NCBI GenBank assembly: GCA_038127595.1
Contig: JAYPIC010000056.1
Location: 1-11,250 of the forward strand
Length of the DNA: 11,250 bases
Reading direction: 5' to 3'
Source of the DNA: a bacterium
Lineage (GTDB): Bacteria; Fidelibacterota; Marinisomatia; Marinisomatales; UBA1611
How positions within the stretch are numbered: the first letter of the stretch is position 1; each line of letters opens with the position of its first letter. Both the position numbers and the translations under genes were made by a program. Positions 1 to 8,319 of the stretch are shown piece after piece. The notes below the pieces were generated by a model, which was not told where the DNA came from, ran no database searches, and worked only from the letters and a program-made list of their open reading frames with translations.

Positions 1-1062
1 TGACTTTCCAGTTGAGCCTAAATCAGCGAACGCCTCATCAAGTCTCTCGACCATACTAAGTTCCGCATTTCTCAATACTTTTCTGGGGTCATATAACTTC
101 TTGTAAGGCGTACCATCGTCAGGATCTATCTGGTGAAGGAATGCCCGAGGATTGTCATTTACATATTTCCCAATAGCTTTTGAAAACGCAAACTGGGTGT
201 CAGTATCAATGTTCATTTTGAAAACGCCATAGCTGATTGCAGTAGAAATCTTTTCTTTTTCAGATCCAGAACCACCATGGAAAACCAAATCAAGCGGTTT
301 GCTTTCAGTTCCACATTTTTCTTCAATAAGATCTTGAGAATTTTTAAGGATCTCTGGACGGAGTTTGACATTTCCTGGTTTATAAACCCCATGTACGTTA
401 CCAAATGAGGCAGCTAGGCTGAAATGACCAACTGGTGATAGTAGTTCCCACGCCTGCAAACAATCTTCCGGTTGAGTGTATAGAAGAGGATTGTCTGCAC
501 CTATATCATCATCAGATCCGACTCCATCTTCCTCGCCGCCAGTAACGCCAAGTTCTATTTCTAAACTAAGTCCAATTTTGGACATTCTTTCTAAAAGTCT
601 TTTACTTTCAGATAAATTAAAATCTATTTCTTCCGCAGATAGATCTAGCATATGCGAACTGAAAAGAGGTTTACCATGTAATTCAAAATGCTTCTCACTA
701 TGGCCTACTAGCGCTTCTACCCATGGAATAAGTGCTTTATTTGCATGATCCGTGTGTAAAATAACACAAATGCCATATTTTTCTGCAAGAAGATGAACAT
801 GATGAGCAGCTGAAACAGTGCCAAGTACCTTAGCTTCAAAACTATTCTCTAAGCCAAAACCTGCAAAAAATTGTCCACCACTATTTGAAAATTGAATTAT
901 AATATCTGAATTATTTTTCGCAGCAGCTTCCATAGCTGAGTTAATCGAATTTGTTCCAACCACATTAACTGCTGGAAGAGCATATTCTCCATTTTTTGCA
1001 GCGCTTACTAGTTTTAAATAATCATCGCCTGTTACGACTCCTGGTTTTAGAGATTCTGACAT
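1..1062 (-). CDS. fbaA: Class II (Zn-dependent, FbaA-type) fructose-bisphosphate aldolase; stop codon lies just beyond the left edge
   Basis: Manual minus-strand translation from ATG at 1062 is open to base 1: MSESLKPGVVTGDDY...ALPAVNV...VILHTDHA...FSSHMLDLS...LEIELGVTGGEEDGV...FGNVHGVYKPGNVKLRP...VFHGGSGS...KMNIDTDTQ...YDPR...GSTGKS. The catalytic Asp and metal-ligand His motifs (HTDH, GNVHG, FHGGSG) are present. AGGA SD at 1073-1070. Confidence 0.96.
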   Translation of the reverse strand, partial: MSESLKPGVVTGDDYLKLVSAAKNGEYALPAVNVVGTNSINSAMEAAAKNNSDIIIQFSNSGGQFFAGFGLENSFEAKVLGTVSAAHHVHLLAEKYGICVILHTDHANKALIPWVEALVGHSEKHFELHGKPLFSSHMLDLSAEEIDFNLSESKRLLERMSKIGLSLEIELGVTGGEEDGVGSDDDIGADNPLLYTQPEDCLQAWELLSPVGHFSLAASFGNVHGVYKPGNVKLRPEILKNSQDLIEEKCGTESKPLDLVFHGGSGSEKEKISTAISYGVFKMNIDTDTQFAFSKAIGKYVNDNPRAFLHQIDPDDGTPYKKLYDPRKVLRNAELSMVERLDEAFADLGSTGKS

Positions 1063-1216
1063 GTTTGGTTCCTAAATTTTTATTATTGTTAGTAAATCAA
1101 GTAATGATTTTAGCAATGAATTAGGCTGATTTTACATTATTTTTAAATATTTAATTAAATAACGTTTGAGAAATTAAAATAAGCTATTAATTTTAATTGC
1201 GTTTTAAATAATTAAA

Positions 1217-1330
1217 ATGATAACAAATAAGATCAGTATGGAAGTTCCATTACATAATATAATTAGCATTAAAGAATGCATCTGGGTGTTTTTGATCTTA
1301 TCAATTATTATTCATATTATTATCGCTTAG
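1217..1330 (+). CDS. Putative ilv operon leader peptide, 37 aa (alternative start at ATG 1238, 30 aa)
   Basis: MITNKISMEVPLHNIISIKECIWVFLILSIIIHIIIA*: 13 Ile, 3 Leu and 2 Val, ending in IIIHIII. It stops 110 nt upstream of ilvD, and the stop codon overlaps a hairpin arm. Confidence 0.7.
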   Translation: MITNKISMEVPLHNIISIKECIWVFLILSIIIHIIIA

Positions 1331-1403
1331 CAGGTTGCCGAAAAATTAAAATTCAAAAGGCGACCAGTTAAGCATACTAAACACCACTTAACCTTTCCCT
1401 ATT
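1285..1403 (+). promoter_or_regulatory. Putative attenuator-like structured leader RNA
   Basis: GCTTAGC-A-GGTTGCC (1325-1339) pairs with GGCGACC-A-GTTAAGC (1359-1373). A competing helix can form between GTTAAG (1367-1372) and CTTAAC (1387-1392). A long-range helix can form between GGTGTTT (1285-1291) and AAACACC (1379-1385). Confidence 0.55.
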
Positions 1404-1440
1404 GAATTTTAATCTTAATTTTTAAAAGTATGGTTGCATA

Positions 1441-3114
1441 ATGAGATCAGATTTAGTAAAAAAAGGATTTGATAAAGCTCCGCATCGAAGTTTGCTTCGG
1501 GCTACAGGTCAAATCAAAGGTGATAGTGATTTTGAAAAACCTTTTATTGGTATTGCGAATTCATACATTGATTTAATACCAGGTCATGTTCATCTTCAAA
1601 AATTTGGCGCGACTGCAAAAGATGCTGTAAGATTAGCAGGAGGTGTTCCATTTGAGTTCAATACCATTGGTGTCGATGATGGTATAGCTATGGGGCATAT
1701 AGGCATGAGATATTCCTTAGCCAGCCGTGAACTCATAGCTGATAGTGTTGAAACTGTAGCTGAATCTCATCGTTTGGATGGTCTTATTTGTATTTCAAAC
1801 TGTGATAAGATTGTTCCTGGAATGCTTATGGCGGCTATGCGGATTAACATACCAACAATCTTTGTTTCTGGTGGTCCAATGCAAGCAGGGGTTGATAAAA
1901 GTGGTCAAAAAATAGATCTTGTATCTGTTTTCGAGGGAGTTGGTAAATATAATGCTGGTCAAATAAATGAAGATGAGCTTAAAGATCTTGAGGAAAATGG
2001 TTGTCCAACATGTGGTTCATGTTCAGGTATGTTTACAGCAAACTCAATGAATTGCCTTATGGAAGTATTGGGTTTGGCGCTCCCTGGTAATGGAACGATA
2101 CTGGCTACAGACCCCTCCAGACTTAAATTGGTTCAAAAAGCTGGTGAAATAATTATGGATTTAGTAGACAAAGATATTAAACCTAGAGATATTGTTAATA
2201 ATGATACGATTTCGAATGCTTTTGCTCTAGATATGGCGATGGGAGGTAGTACGAATACTGTACTTCATACTTTAGCTGCATCTATTGAAGGGGATCTTAC
2301 TTTCGATATGTCAATGATTAATGAAATTAGTTCTAAAACACCATATTTATGTAAAGTAAGTCCTGCAACTCCTAATGTCCACATGGAGGACGTTTTAAAT
2401 GCAGGCGGTATTTCTGCCATATTAAAAGAATTATCAAAGAAAGATGGTGTTTTAAATCTAGACAGACCTACTATAACAGGAAAAACTTTGGGCGAAACTA
2501 TCGAACCAGCAAAAAATCTTAATGAAAATATTATTCGCACTGTTGAAAATCCATTTTCTAATGAAGGCGGATTAGCTGTGTTGTATGGTAACATTGCTCC
2601 AAATGGCTCTATCGTAAAAACCGGTGCTGTAGCTGAAAATATGCTGTATCACAAAGGTCCAGCAAGAATTTATGAGTCTCAAGATGATGCTATAAAAGCT
2701 ATACATGATGGAAAGGTTCAACCTGGTGATGTTGTTGTAATTCGCTATGAAGGTCCAAAAGGAGGTCCTGGAATGCCTGAAATGCTAGCACCGACAAGCG
2801 CGATTATGGGCATGGGGCTTGGTTCTAAAGTAGCTTTAATCACTGATGGGCGTTTCTCTGGTGGGACTAGAGGCGCATGTATTGGGCATATTTCGCCCGA
2901 AGCAGCATCTGGCGGACCTATAGCTATCATAAAGGAAAAAGATGAAATTGAAATTGATATAGCAAATCGAAAAATCAATTTAAATATTGATCAAAAAACT
3001 TTTGATTTTCGTATGAAAAGTATCGAAAAATTTGAACCAAAAATTAATAAAGGGTATTTGGGCAGGTATGCTAGACTAGTCACCTCTGCAAATACAGGAG
3101 CAGTCTTAAAATAA
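1441..3114 (+). CDS. ilvD: Dihydroxy-acid dehydratase
   Basis: 557 aa with [81 protein letters not shown] and GHISPEA. PGHVH rather than PCNxH suggests the E. coli-like [4Fe-4S] group (inference). Confidence 0.98.
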   Translation: MRSDLVKKGFDKAPHRSLLRATGQIKGDSDFEKPFIGIANSYIDLIPGHVHLQKFGATAKDAVRLAGGVPFEFNTIGVDDGIAMGHIGMRYSLASRELIADSVETVAESHRLDGLICISNCDKIVPGMLMAAMRINIPTIFVSGGPMQAGVDKSGQKIDLVSVFEGVGKYNAGQINEDELKDLEENGCPTCGSCSGMFTANSMNCLMEVLGLALPGNGTILATDPSRLKLVQKAGEIIMDLVDKDIKPRDIVNNDTISNAFALDMAMGGSTNTVLHTLAASIEGDLTFDMSMINEISSKTPYLCKVSPATPNVHMEDVLNAGGISAILKELSKKDGVLNLDRPTITGKTLGETIEPAKNLNENIIRTVENPFSNEGGLAVLYGNIAPNGSIVKTGAVAENMLYHKGPARIYESQDDAIKAIHDGKVQPGDVVVIRYEGPKGGPGMPEMLAPTSAIMGMGLGSKVALITDGRFSGGTRGACIGHISPEAASGGPIAIIKEKDEIEIDIANRKINLNIDQKTFDFRMKSIEKFEPKINKGYLGRYARLVTSANTGAVLK

Positions 3115-3129
3115 ATAAATGAGTCCATT

Positions 3130-4854
3130 ATGAAAAAAAATAAATTAACTGGTGCTGAAATAATTTGGGAATGTCTAATAAGAGAAGGGGTAGATGTCGT
3201 GTTCGGTTACCCCGGAGGAGCGATACTGCCCACTTATGATGCATTAAGCAAGTACAAAGATAATATTCACCATGTATTAACTAGGCATGAACAAGGTGCT
3301 ACACATATGGCAGATGGCTATGCCCGCACCTCTGGTAAAGTCGGTGTTGCGATGGCCACATCAGGGCCAGGAGCAGCTAATATGGTTACTGGACTGGCTA
3401 CTGCAATGATGGACTCTGTTCCGATTGTTTGCATTACAGGGCAAGTGCCTAGGCCTGCAATTGGTAGTGATGCATTTCAAGAGATGGATATATCTGGAGC
3501 TGTAATTCCTGTAACGAAACATAGCTATCTAGTAATGGATATAAGAAATCTTGCAAAGACCATTAAAGAAGCTTTTGCGATTGCGAGGTCCGGAAGACCT
3601 GGTCCTGTATTGATTGATATTCCCAAGGACGTACAAGCAGAGGAATATGATTTCATTTACCCAGAGGAGCCTGTAAAGCTTCCAGGAAAAAACCCTCTTG
3701 ATAAAGAAATAGACAAAAAAAGTTTAGGAGATGCAGCAGACCTTATTGCTAATGCAAAGAGGCCTGTTATTTTAGCTGGTCATGGTATACTCCTTTCTGG
3801 AGCTTCGAAAGAAGTAATTGAGCTATCTGAAAAAGGTGATATACCACTTAGTTGGACATTGTTAGGTTCTGGTGCGGTTCCTGCAAGTCACGACTTAAAT
3901 ATGGGTATGATGGGTATGCACGGCGAATTTGCAGCAAACAATGCTATTCAAAAGGCGGATTTATTGATTGCCTGTGGAATGAGATTTGATGACAGAGTAA
4001 CGGGTAATACAAAAACATATTCTTTAGATTCAAAAAAAATCCATATCGAGATTGACCCATCTGAGATAAATAAAAATGTCCCAGTAGATGTTGCCTTGGT
4101 TGGAGATTTGAAATTAGTTCTAAAAAAATTAATTCCAATCCTAAAAGATCAGCAGAATACAGATTGGATTAATGAAATCGAAAAATGGAAAAAAGAATCG
4201 CAATCTAGAGATATTATAAATGCTGATACTCAAATGTTGTATGGAGCTCAGGTAATTAGTGATATATGGAAAGAGACGAATGGAGACGCTATTGTGGTTT
4301 CTGATGTTGGTCAACATCAAATGTTAGAGGCTCAATACTACAAACATGATGAGCCAAACACTCTTCTAACTTCAGGTGGGCTTGGAACGATGGGCTTTAG
4401 CTTACCCGCTGCAATAGGAGCAAGTTTTTATAACAGAAACAAAGACATTTGGGTTATTGTTGGAGATGGTAGTATCCAGATGACAATTACGGAGTTAGCT
4501 ACTGCGGTCCAGGAGAATGCAAATATTAAAATTGCTATCATAAATAATGGATATTTAGGAATGGTTAGGCAATGGCAACAGCTCTTTTATGATTCAAGAT
4601 ATAACGAAACTCCGATTAGTAGCCCAGATTACGTTAAGCTATCTGAAGCCTATGGTTTAAAAGGTATAAGAGTAATTTCTAGACCTGAGATTCCTGGCGC
4701 AATTGAAGAGGCACAAAATATAAACGGTCCAGTTTTAGTAGAATTCGTCGTTGAACAGCATGATATGGTTTATCCAATGGTCCCTGCGGGAGCAGATCTC
4801 GATGCTATGATTAGTCGTCCGGTTCATGAACAGTTCAAAGATGCAGAAATGTAA
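3130..4854 (+). CDS. ilvB: Acetolactate synthase (AHAS) large catalytic subunit
   Basis: 574 aa with FGYPGGAILP, RHEQGA (catalytic Glu), ATSGPGA, SGRPGPVLIDIPKD, GMHG, RFDDRVTG, DVGQHQM, SGGLGTMG and the ThDP motif GDGS...NNGYLGMVRQWQ. Confidence 0.97.
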   Translation: MKKNKLTGAEIIWECLIREGVDVVFGYPGGAILPTYDALSKYKDNIHHVLTRHEQGATHMADGYARTSGKVGVAMATSGPGAANMVTGLATAMMDSVPIVCITGQVPRPAIGSDAFQEMDISGAVIPVTKHSYLVMDIRNLAKTIKEAFAIARSGRPGPVLIDIPKDVQAEEYDFIYPEEPVKLPGKNPLDKEIDKKSLGDAADLIANAKRPVILAGHGILLSGASKEVIELSEKGDIPLSWTLLGSGAVPASHDLNMGMMGMHGEFAANNAIQKADLLIACGMRFDDRVTGNTKTYSLDSKKIHIEIDPSEINKNVPVDVALVGDLKLVLKKLIPILKDQQNTDWINEIEKWKKESQSRDIINADTQMLYGAQVISDIWKETNGDAIVVSDVGQHQMLEAQYYKHDEPNTLLTSGGLGTMGFSLPAAIGASFYNRNKDIWVIVGDGSIQMTITELATAVQENANIKIAIINNGYLGMVRQWQQLFYDSRYNETPISSPDYVKLSEAYGLKGIRVISRPEIPGAIEEAQNINGPVLVEFVVEQHDMVYPMVPAGADLDAMISRPVHEQFKDAEM

Positions 4855-4866
4855 TAAGGTCATATA

Positions 4867-5385
4867 ATGAAACAAACACTAATATTATTTATGCAGGATG
4901 AGCCAGGGGTTCTTAATAGAATTTCTAGTTTAGTTAGAAGAAGGAATTTCAATATCGAAAGTATTGTTGCTGGTAGAACTGAAATAAATGGAATTACTAG
5001 AATGACTTTGGTAGTTAATGAGCCTAATGAAGCAAAGCGGGTTAATATCTATAATAACCTCAAAAGATTGGTTGATGTCTATGATGTAGTCGATGCTACT
5101 AAAGAAAATTGTCATGTCAGGGAGCATGCTTTAATGAAGATTTCACTTAAGTCAGACGAGATTCATGAAATTGAAAAATTAGTTTCAGAAGGAAATTGCA
5201 AGATATTAGATCAAGACCCAAAATGCATGATACTCGAAATATCTGGCGATGAGTCCACTGTTGAAGAGAATATCAATATTTTAAGCAAGTTTGAAGTGCT
5301 AGAACTTTTACGCTCAGGTAAGATGGCTATGATATCAGGAGACCAAGAGAGAAATAAGCCAGTTCTTACAAGATCAGAGCCATAA
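4867..5385 (+). CDS. ilvN: Acetolactate synthase small regulatory subunit (ACT domain)
   Basis: 172 aa with DEPGVLNRISSLVRRRNFNIESI, TRMTLVV, RE(H)ALMKI and ELLRSGKMAM. It starts 12 nt after ilvB, with TAAGGT SD upstream. Confidence 0.93.
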   Translation: MKQTLILFMQDEPGVLNRISSLVRRRNFNIESIVAGRTEINGITRMTLVVNEPNEAKRVNIYNNLKRLVDVYDVVDATKENCHVREHALMKISLKSDEIHEIEKLVSEGNCKILDQDPKCMILEISGDESTVEENINILSKFEVLELLRSGKMAMISGDQERNKPVLTRSEP

Positions 5386-5418
5386 AAGTTAAATTTAAAA
5401 TTAAAAGAGAGATTTATA

Positions 5419-6468
5419 ATGAAAGAACTGAATATTAATGGTTATAAAGAGCAAATCATCGAGCGTTCTGATTATCCAATTGAAAAATGTAAAGAAATAT
5501 TAAATAAAAAGATTACAGCTATCCTTGGTTATGGCCCTCAAGGAAGAGGACAGAGTCTAAATATGCGAGATCAAGGTTTTAATGTTATTGTAGGTTTAAG
5601 AAGGGGGTCAAGTTGGAATAAAGCAATCAAAGATGGCTGGATAGAGGGTAAAAATCTTTTTGAAATTAATGAAGCGACAAAAAAAGGAGATATAATCCAG
5701 TTTTTGTTATCTGATGCAGGTCAAATCCAAGCCTGGCCAGAAGTCAAAGAAAATTTGAGCGAAGGTAATACACTTTATTTTTCTCATGGGTTTGGTGTTG
5801 TTTTTCATTCTGATACTAATATCATACCTCCTAATGATATAAATGTAGTTTTGGTTGCCCCCAAAGGAAGTGGGTTAACTGTGCGCAATCATTTTCTTGA
5901 GGGAAGAGGAATAAACTCATCATATGCTGTATTCCAAGATTACGATGGTGCTGCAAAAGACATAGCAATCGCTACTGCTTTTGCTATAGGCTCTGGACAT
6001 CTATTTGAAACAACCTTCGAAAAGGAAGTACATAGTGATCTTACTGGCGAAAGATGTGTTTTAATGGGTCTTATACAAGGAGCTTTCCTTGCTCAATACG
6101 AAGTTTTACGTGAAAAAGGTCACTCTCCATCTGAGGCATATAATGAAACAATAGAAGAGGCACTTGAAAGTTTGTATCCTCTAGTTTCTGAAAAGGGAAT
6201 GGACTGGATGTATAGTAATTGCTCTACTACAGCTCAAAGAGGAGCTCTTGATTGGGCGCCAAAATTTAAAAAAGTTTTAAAGCCGGTAATTAATGATTGC
6301 TATGAAAAAGTAGTAAGTGGTGAAGAAGCCAAAATTTCAATATTATCAAATTCTAAGGATGATTACAGGCTTCAATTAGATAAAGAATTAGACGAGATAA
6401 ATAATCAAGAGATGTGGCTAGCTGGAAAACAATTAAGGCCATTGAGACCTGAAAACTCAAATAAATAA
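5419..6468 (+). CDS. ilvC: Ketol-acid reductoisomerase, fungal Ilv5/Bacteroidota-like type
   Basis: 349 aa with GYGPQG, LYFSHGF, VAPKGSG, EVHSDLTGERCVLMG, GHSPSEAYNETIEE and MYSNCSTTAQRGALDW. Confidence 0.96.
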   Translation: MKELNINGYKEQIIERSDYPIEKCKEILNKKITAILGYGPQGRGQSLNMRDQGFNVIVGLRRGSSWNKAIKDGWIEGKNLFEINEATKKGDIIQFLLSDAGQIQAWPEVKENLSEGNTLYFSHGFGVVFHSDTNIIPPNDINVVLVAPKGSGLTVRNHFLEGRGINSSYAVFQDYDGAAKDIAIATAFAIGSGHLFETTFEKEVHSDLTGERCVLMGLIQGAFLAQYEVLREKGHSPSEAYNETIEEALESLYPLVSEKGMDWMYSNCSTTAQRGALDWAPKFKKVLKPVINDCYEKVVSGEEAKISILSNSKDDYRLQLDKELDEINNQEMWLAGKQLRPLRPENSNK

Positions 6469-6553
6469 ATTCTTATTTTATTTACTATAATTACAAATAT
6501 TCCTAATTAATTAAGTAAAAACTCATTTTTTATTTAAAAGTTTAAACAAATTA

Positions 6554-6582
6554 TTGCTTTTGAATAAATCAATATATACATT
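6554..6582 (+). promoter_or_regulatory. Candidate sigma70-type promoter for amtB-glnK
   Basis: TTGCTT (6554-6559), 17-nt spacer, TACATT (6577-6582). The AT-rich background makes chance matches likely. Confidence 0.35.
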
Positions 6583-6602
6583 TACACGTTGATAATGTAA
6601 AT
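6580..6602. promoter_or_regulatory. Inverted repeat, candidate operator
   Basis: ATTTACA-cgttgataa-TGTAAAT, with perfect 7-bp arms overlapping the candidate -10/+1. Confidence 0.35.
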
Positions 6603-6664
6603 ATTTAATATATTTAATTATTATCAGATTTTATTTTAATAAATTAAAAATATAAAGGGTGTAT

Positions 6665-7963
6665 ATGAATATTATAAGATTAATAACATTAATTGGTGTA
6701 TTTTTTTCATTTGCATTTGCTGGAGAAGCTTCAGGCGTGAGTGAAGCTTTGTTTACAGCAAATAATACATGGATGCTAGTTTCAACATTTTTAGTTTTTA
6801 TCATGCATCTCGGTTTTGCAAGCTTGGAGACCGGTCTAACTCAATCCAAAAATACTGTAAATATATTATTTAAAAACGTAAGCATAATCGCTATTGGAAT
6901 TTTGACTTATGCTTTGTGTGGTTTTAATTTAATGTATCCGGGTGATTTTAATGGTTACTTTGGTTTTGCTGGATTTGGAATTAGCAGTCCAGATGGAGCA
7001 GCAGGCTTAATCGACTATGCTGGTGGTGCATATACATATTATACAGATTTTATATTCCAGGCCATGTTTGCTGCTACAGCTGCTACCATTGTCTCTGGAG
7101 CAGTGGCTGAAAGGATAAAATTACCTTCTTTTTTGGTTTTTTCTACAATATATGTTGCCATTATATATCCGATAGCTGGCTCCTGGAAATGGGGAGGAGG
7201 GTGGCTTCACCAAATGGGTTTTTATGATTTTGCTGGTTCAACTCTAGTGCACAGTGTAGGTGGATGGGCAGCTTTAGTAGGTGCAATTATTTTAGGGCCT
7301 AGGCTAGGTAAATATGCTAAAGATGGTTCAATTAAGCCAATAAGAGGTCATAATCTTCCTCTTGCTTCAATAGGTGTCTTCCTACTTTGGTTCGGCTGGT
7401 ATGGTTTTAATGGCGGTTCAGTTTTATCAGCTGATCCAGGTGGTGTTTCCTTAGTTTTTGTGACTACCACTCTTGCAGGAGCAGCTGGAATAATAGGGGC
7501 TATGGTTGCATCATGGTCTATAAGCAAAAAGCCAGATCTATCAATGATATTGAATGGCTCTTTAGCAGGTTTAGTTGGAATCACAGCAGGTGCTGATGTT
7601 ATAAGTCCAATTAACTCTATTATTGTTGGTTTCATTGCTGGGCTCATTGTTGTGGTAGCTGTAATTCAACTGGATAAGGCTAAAATCGATGATCCTGTCG
7701 GAGCTATTTCAGTTCATTTAGTATGTGGTATTTGGGGAACTCTAGCAGTCGGTATTTTTAGTTCTAGTCACAGCATTGTTACTCAATTAATTGGTGTTTT
7801 AGCTTATGGAGTATTCTGTTTGGTCTCATCGCTAGGTTTATTCTCAGTTATCAAATCATTAATGGGATTAAGAGTATCTGAGGAAGAAGAAATTATTGGT
7901 CTTGATATTGGCGAGCATGATATGGAATCATACGCTGGATTTCAAATTTTTACAGTTGAATAA
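6665..7963 (+). CDS. amtB: Ammonium transporter (Amt family) with probable cleavable signal peptide
   Basis: FQAMFA, GAVAER, WKWGGGWL, DFAGSTLVH, GPRLGKY, LWFGWYGFNGGS, NGSLAGLVGITA, DDPVGAISVH (twin His intact) and LRVSEEEEIIGLD. ATG 6665 is slightly preferred over GTG 6659 because the purine run AAAGGG directly abuts the GTG. The N-terminus MNIIRLITLIGVFFSFAFA looks like a signal peptide. Confidence 0.96.
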   Translation: MNIIRLITLIGVFFSFAFAGEASGVSEALFTANNTWMLVSTFLVFIMHLGFASLETGLTQSKNTVNILFKNVSIIAIGILTYALCGFNLMYPGDFNGYFGFAGFGISSPDGAAGLIDYAGGAYTYYTDFIFQAMFAATAATIVSGAVAERIKLPSFLVFSTIYVAIIYPIAGSWKWGGGWLHQMGFYDFAGSTLVHSVGGWAALVGAIILGPRLGKYAKDGSIKPIRGHNLPLASIGVFLLWFGWYGFNGGSVLSADPGGVSLVFVTTTLAGAAGIIGAMVASWSISKKPDLSMILNGSLAGLVGITAGADVISPINSIIVGFIAGLIVVVAVIQLDKAKIDDPVGAISVHLVCGIWGTLAVGIFSSSHSIVTQLIGVLAYGVFCLVSSLGLFSVIKSLMGLRVSEEEEIIGLDIGEHDMESYAGFQIFTVE

Positions 7964-7974
7964 AGGAGGATTTT

Positions 7975-8319
7975 ATGAAATTAATTATAGCTATAGTACA
8001 ACCTGAAGAATTACCTGATATTAAAGAGGAATTATTAAAGAGGAAGATATACAAATTCACCGTTAGCTCTGCTAAAGGTCAGGGCAAGGAAATTCCTGTC
8101 CAGGAAGTTTACAGAGGTATCTCTCATGAGATATCTCTGCTTACAAAAATACGATTAGAGATTGCAGTTAACGATGATTACGTAGATAATGCAGTTGAGG
8201 CTATTACTGCGGTGGCTAAAAAGCCTGATAATAAAGGCAGAGGAAAAATTTTCGTATTGCCTATTGAACAATGCATACGTATCAGAACTGATGAGAAAGG
8301 ACCTGAGGCTATAGGTTAA
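7975..8319 (+). CDS. glnK: P-II family nitrogen regulator (GlnK-like, divergent)
   Basis: 114 aa with KGQG, EVYRG, LLTKIRLEIAV, GKIFV and IRIRT. Strong SD AAGGAGG at 7963-7969; 11 nt after amtB. Confidence 0.9.
   Translation: MKLIIAIVQPEELPDIKEELLKRKIYKFTVSSAKGQGKEIPVQEVYRGISHEISLLTKIRLEIAVNDDYVDNAVEAITAVAKKPDNKGRGKIFVLPIEQCIRIRTDEKGPEAIG

Noticed and set aside
213..748. ORF-track calls 213..404 (-) and 476..748 (+)
   Set aside because: Out-of-frame and antisense shadows of fbaA, which covers 1..1062 with complete family motifs.
1172..1198. Inverted repeat AATTAAAAT-N9-ATTTTAATT in the fbaA/ilv spacer
   Set aside because: The arms are A/T only in very AT-rich DNA, and similar words recur in other spacers. 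It cannot be told apart from background.
1276..1371. Alternative-frame Tyr-rich uORF (MHLGVFDLINYYSYYYRLAG...)
   Set aside because: The Tyr run is the shifted reading of the ATT repeats. Tyr sensing makes no sense for an ilv operon, and the Ile frame explains the sequence.
1328..1405. Leader frame stays open for 24 codons after TAG (possible readthrough)
   Set aside because: No recoding signal can be supported, and an open stretch of this length can arise by chance.
1200..1440. T-box riboswitch for the ilv operon
   Set aside because: No T-box consensus (GGTGGNACC), no recognisable stem I motifs and no U-tailed terminator.
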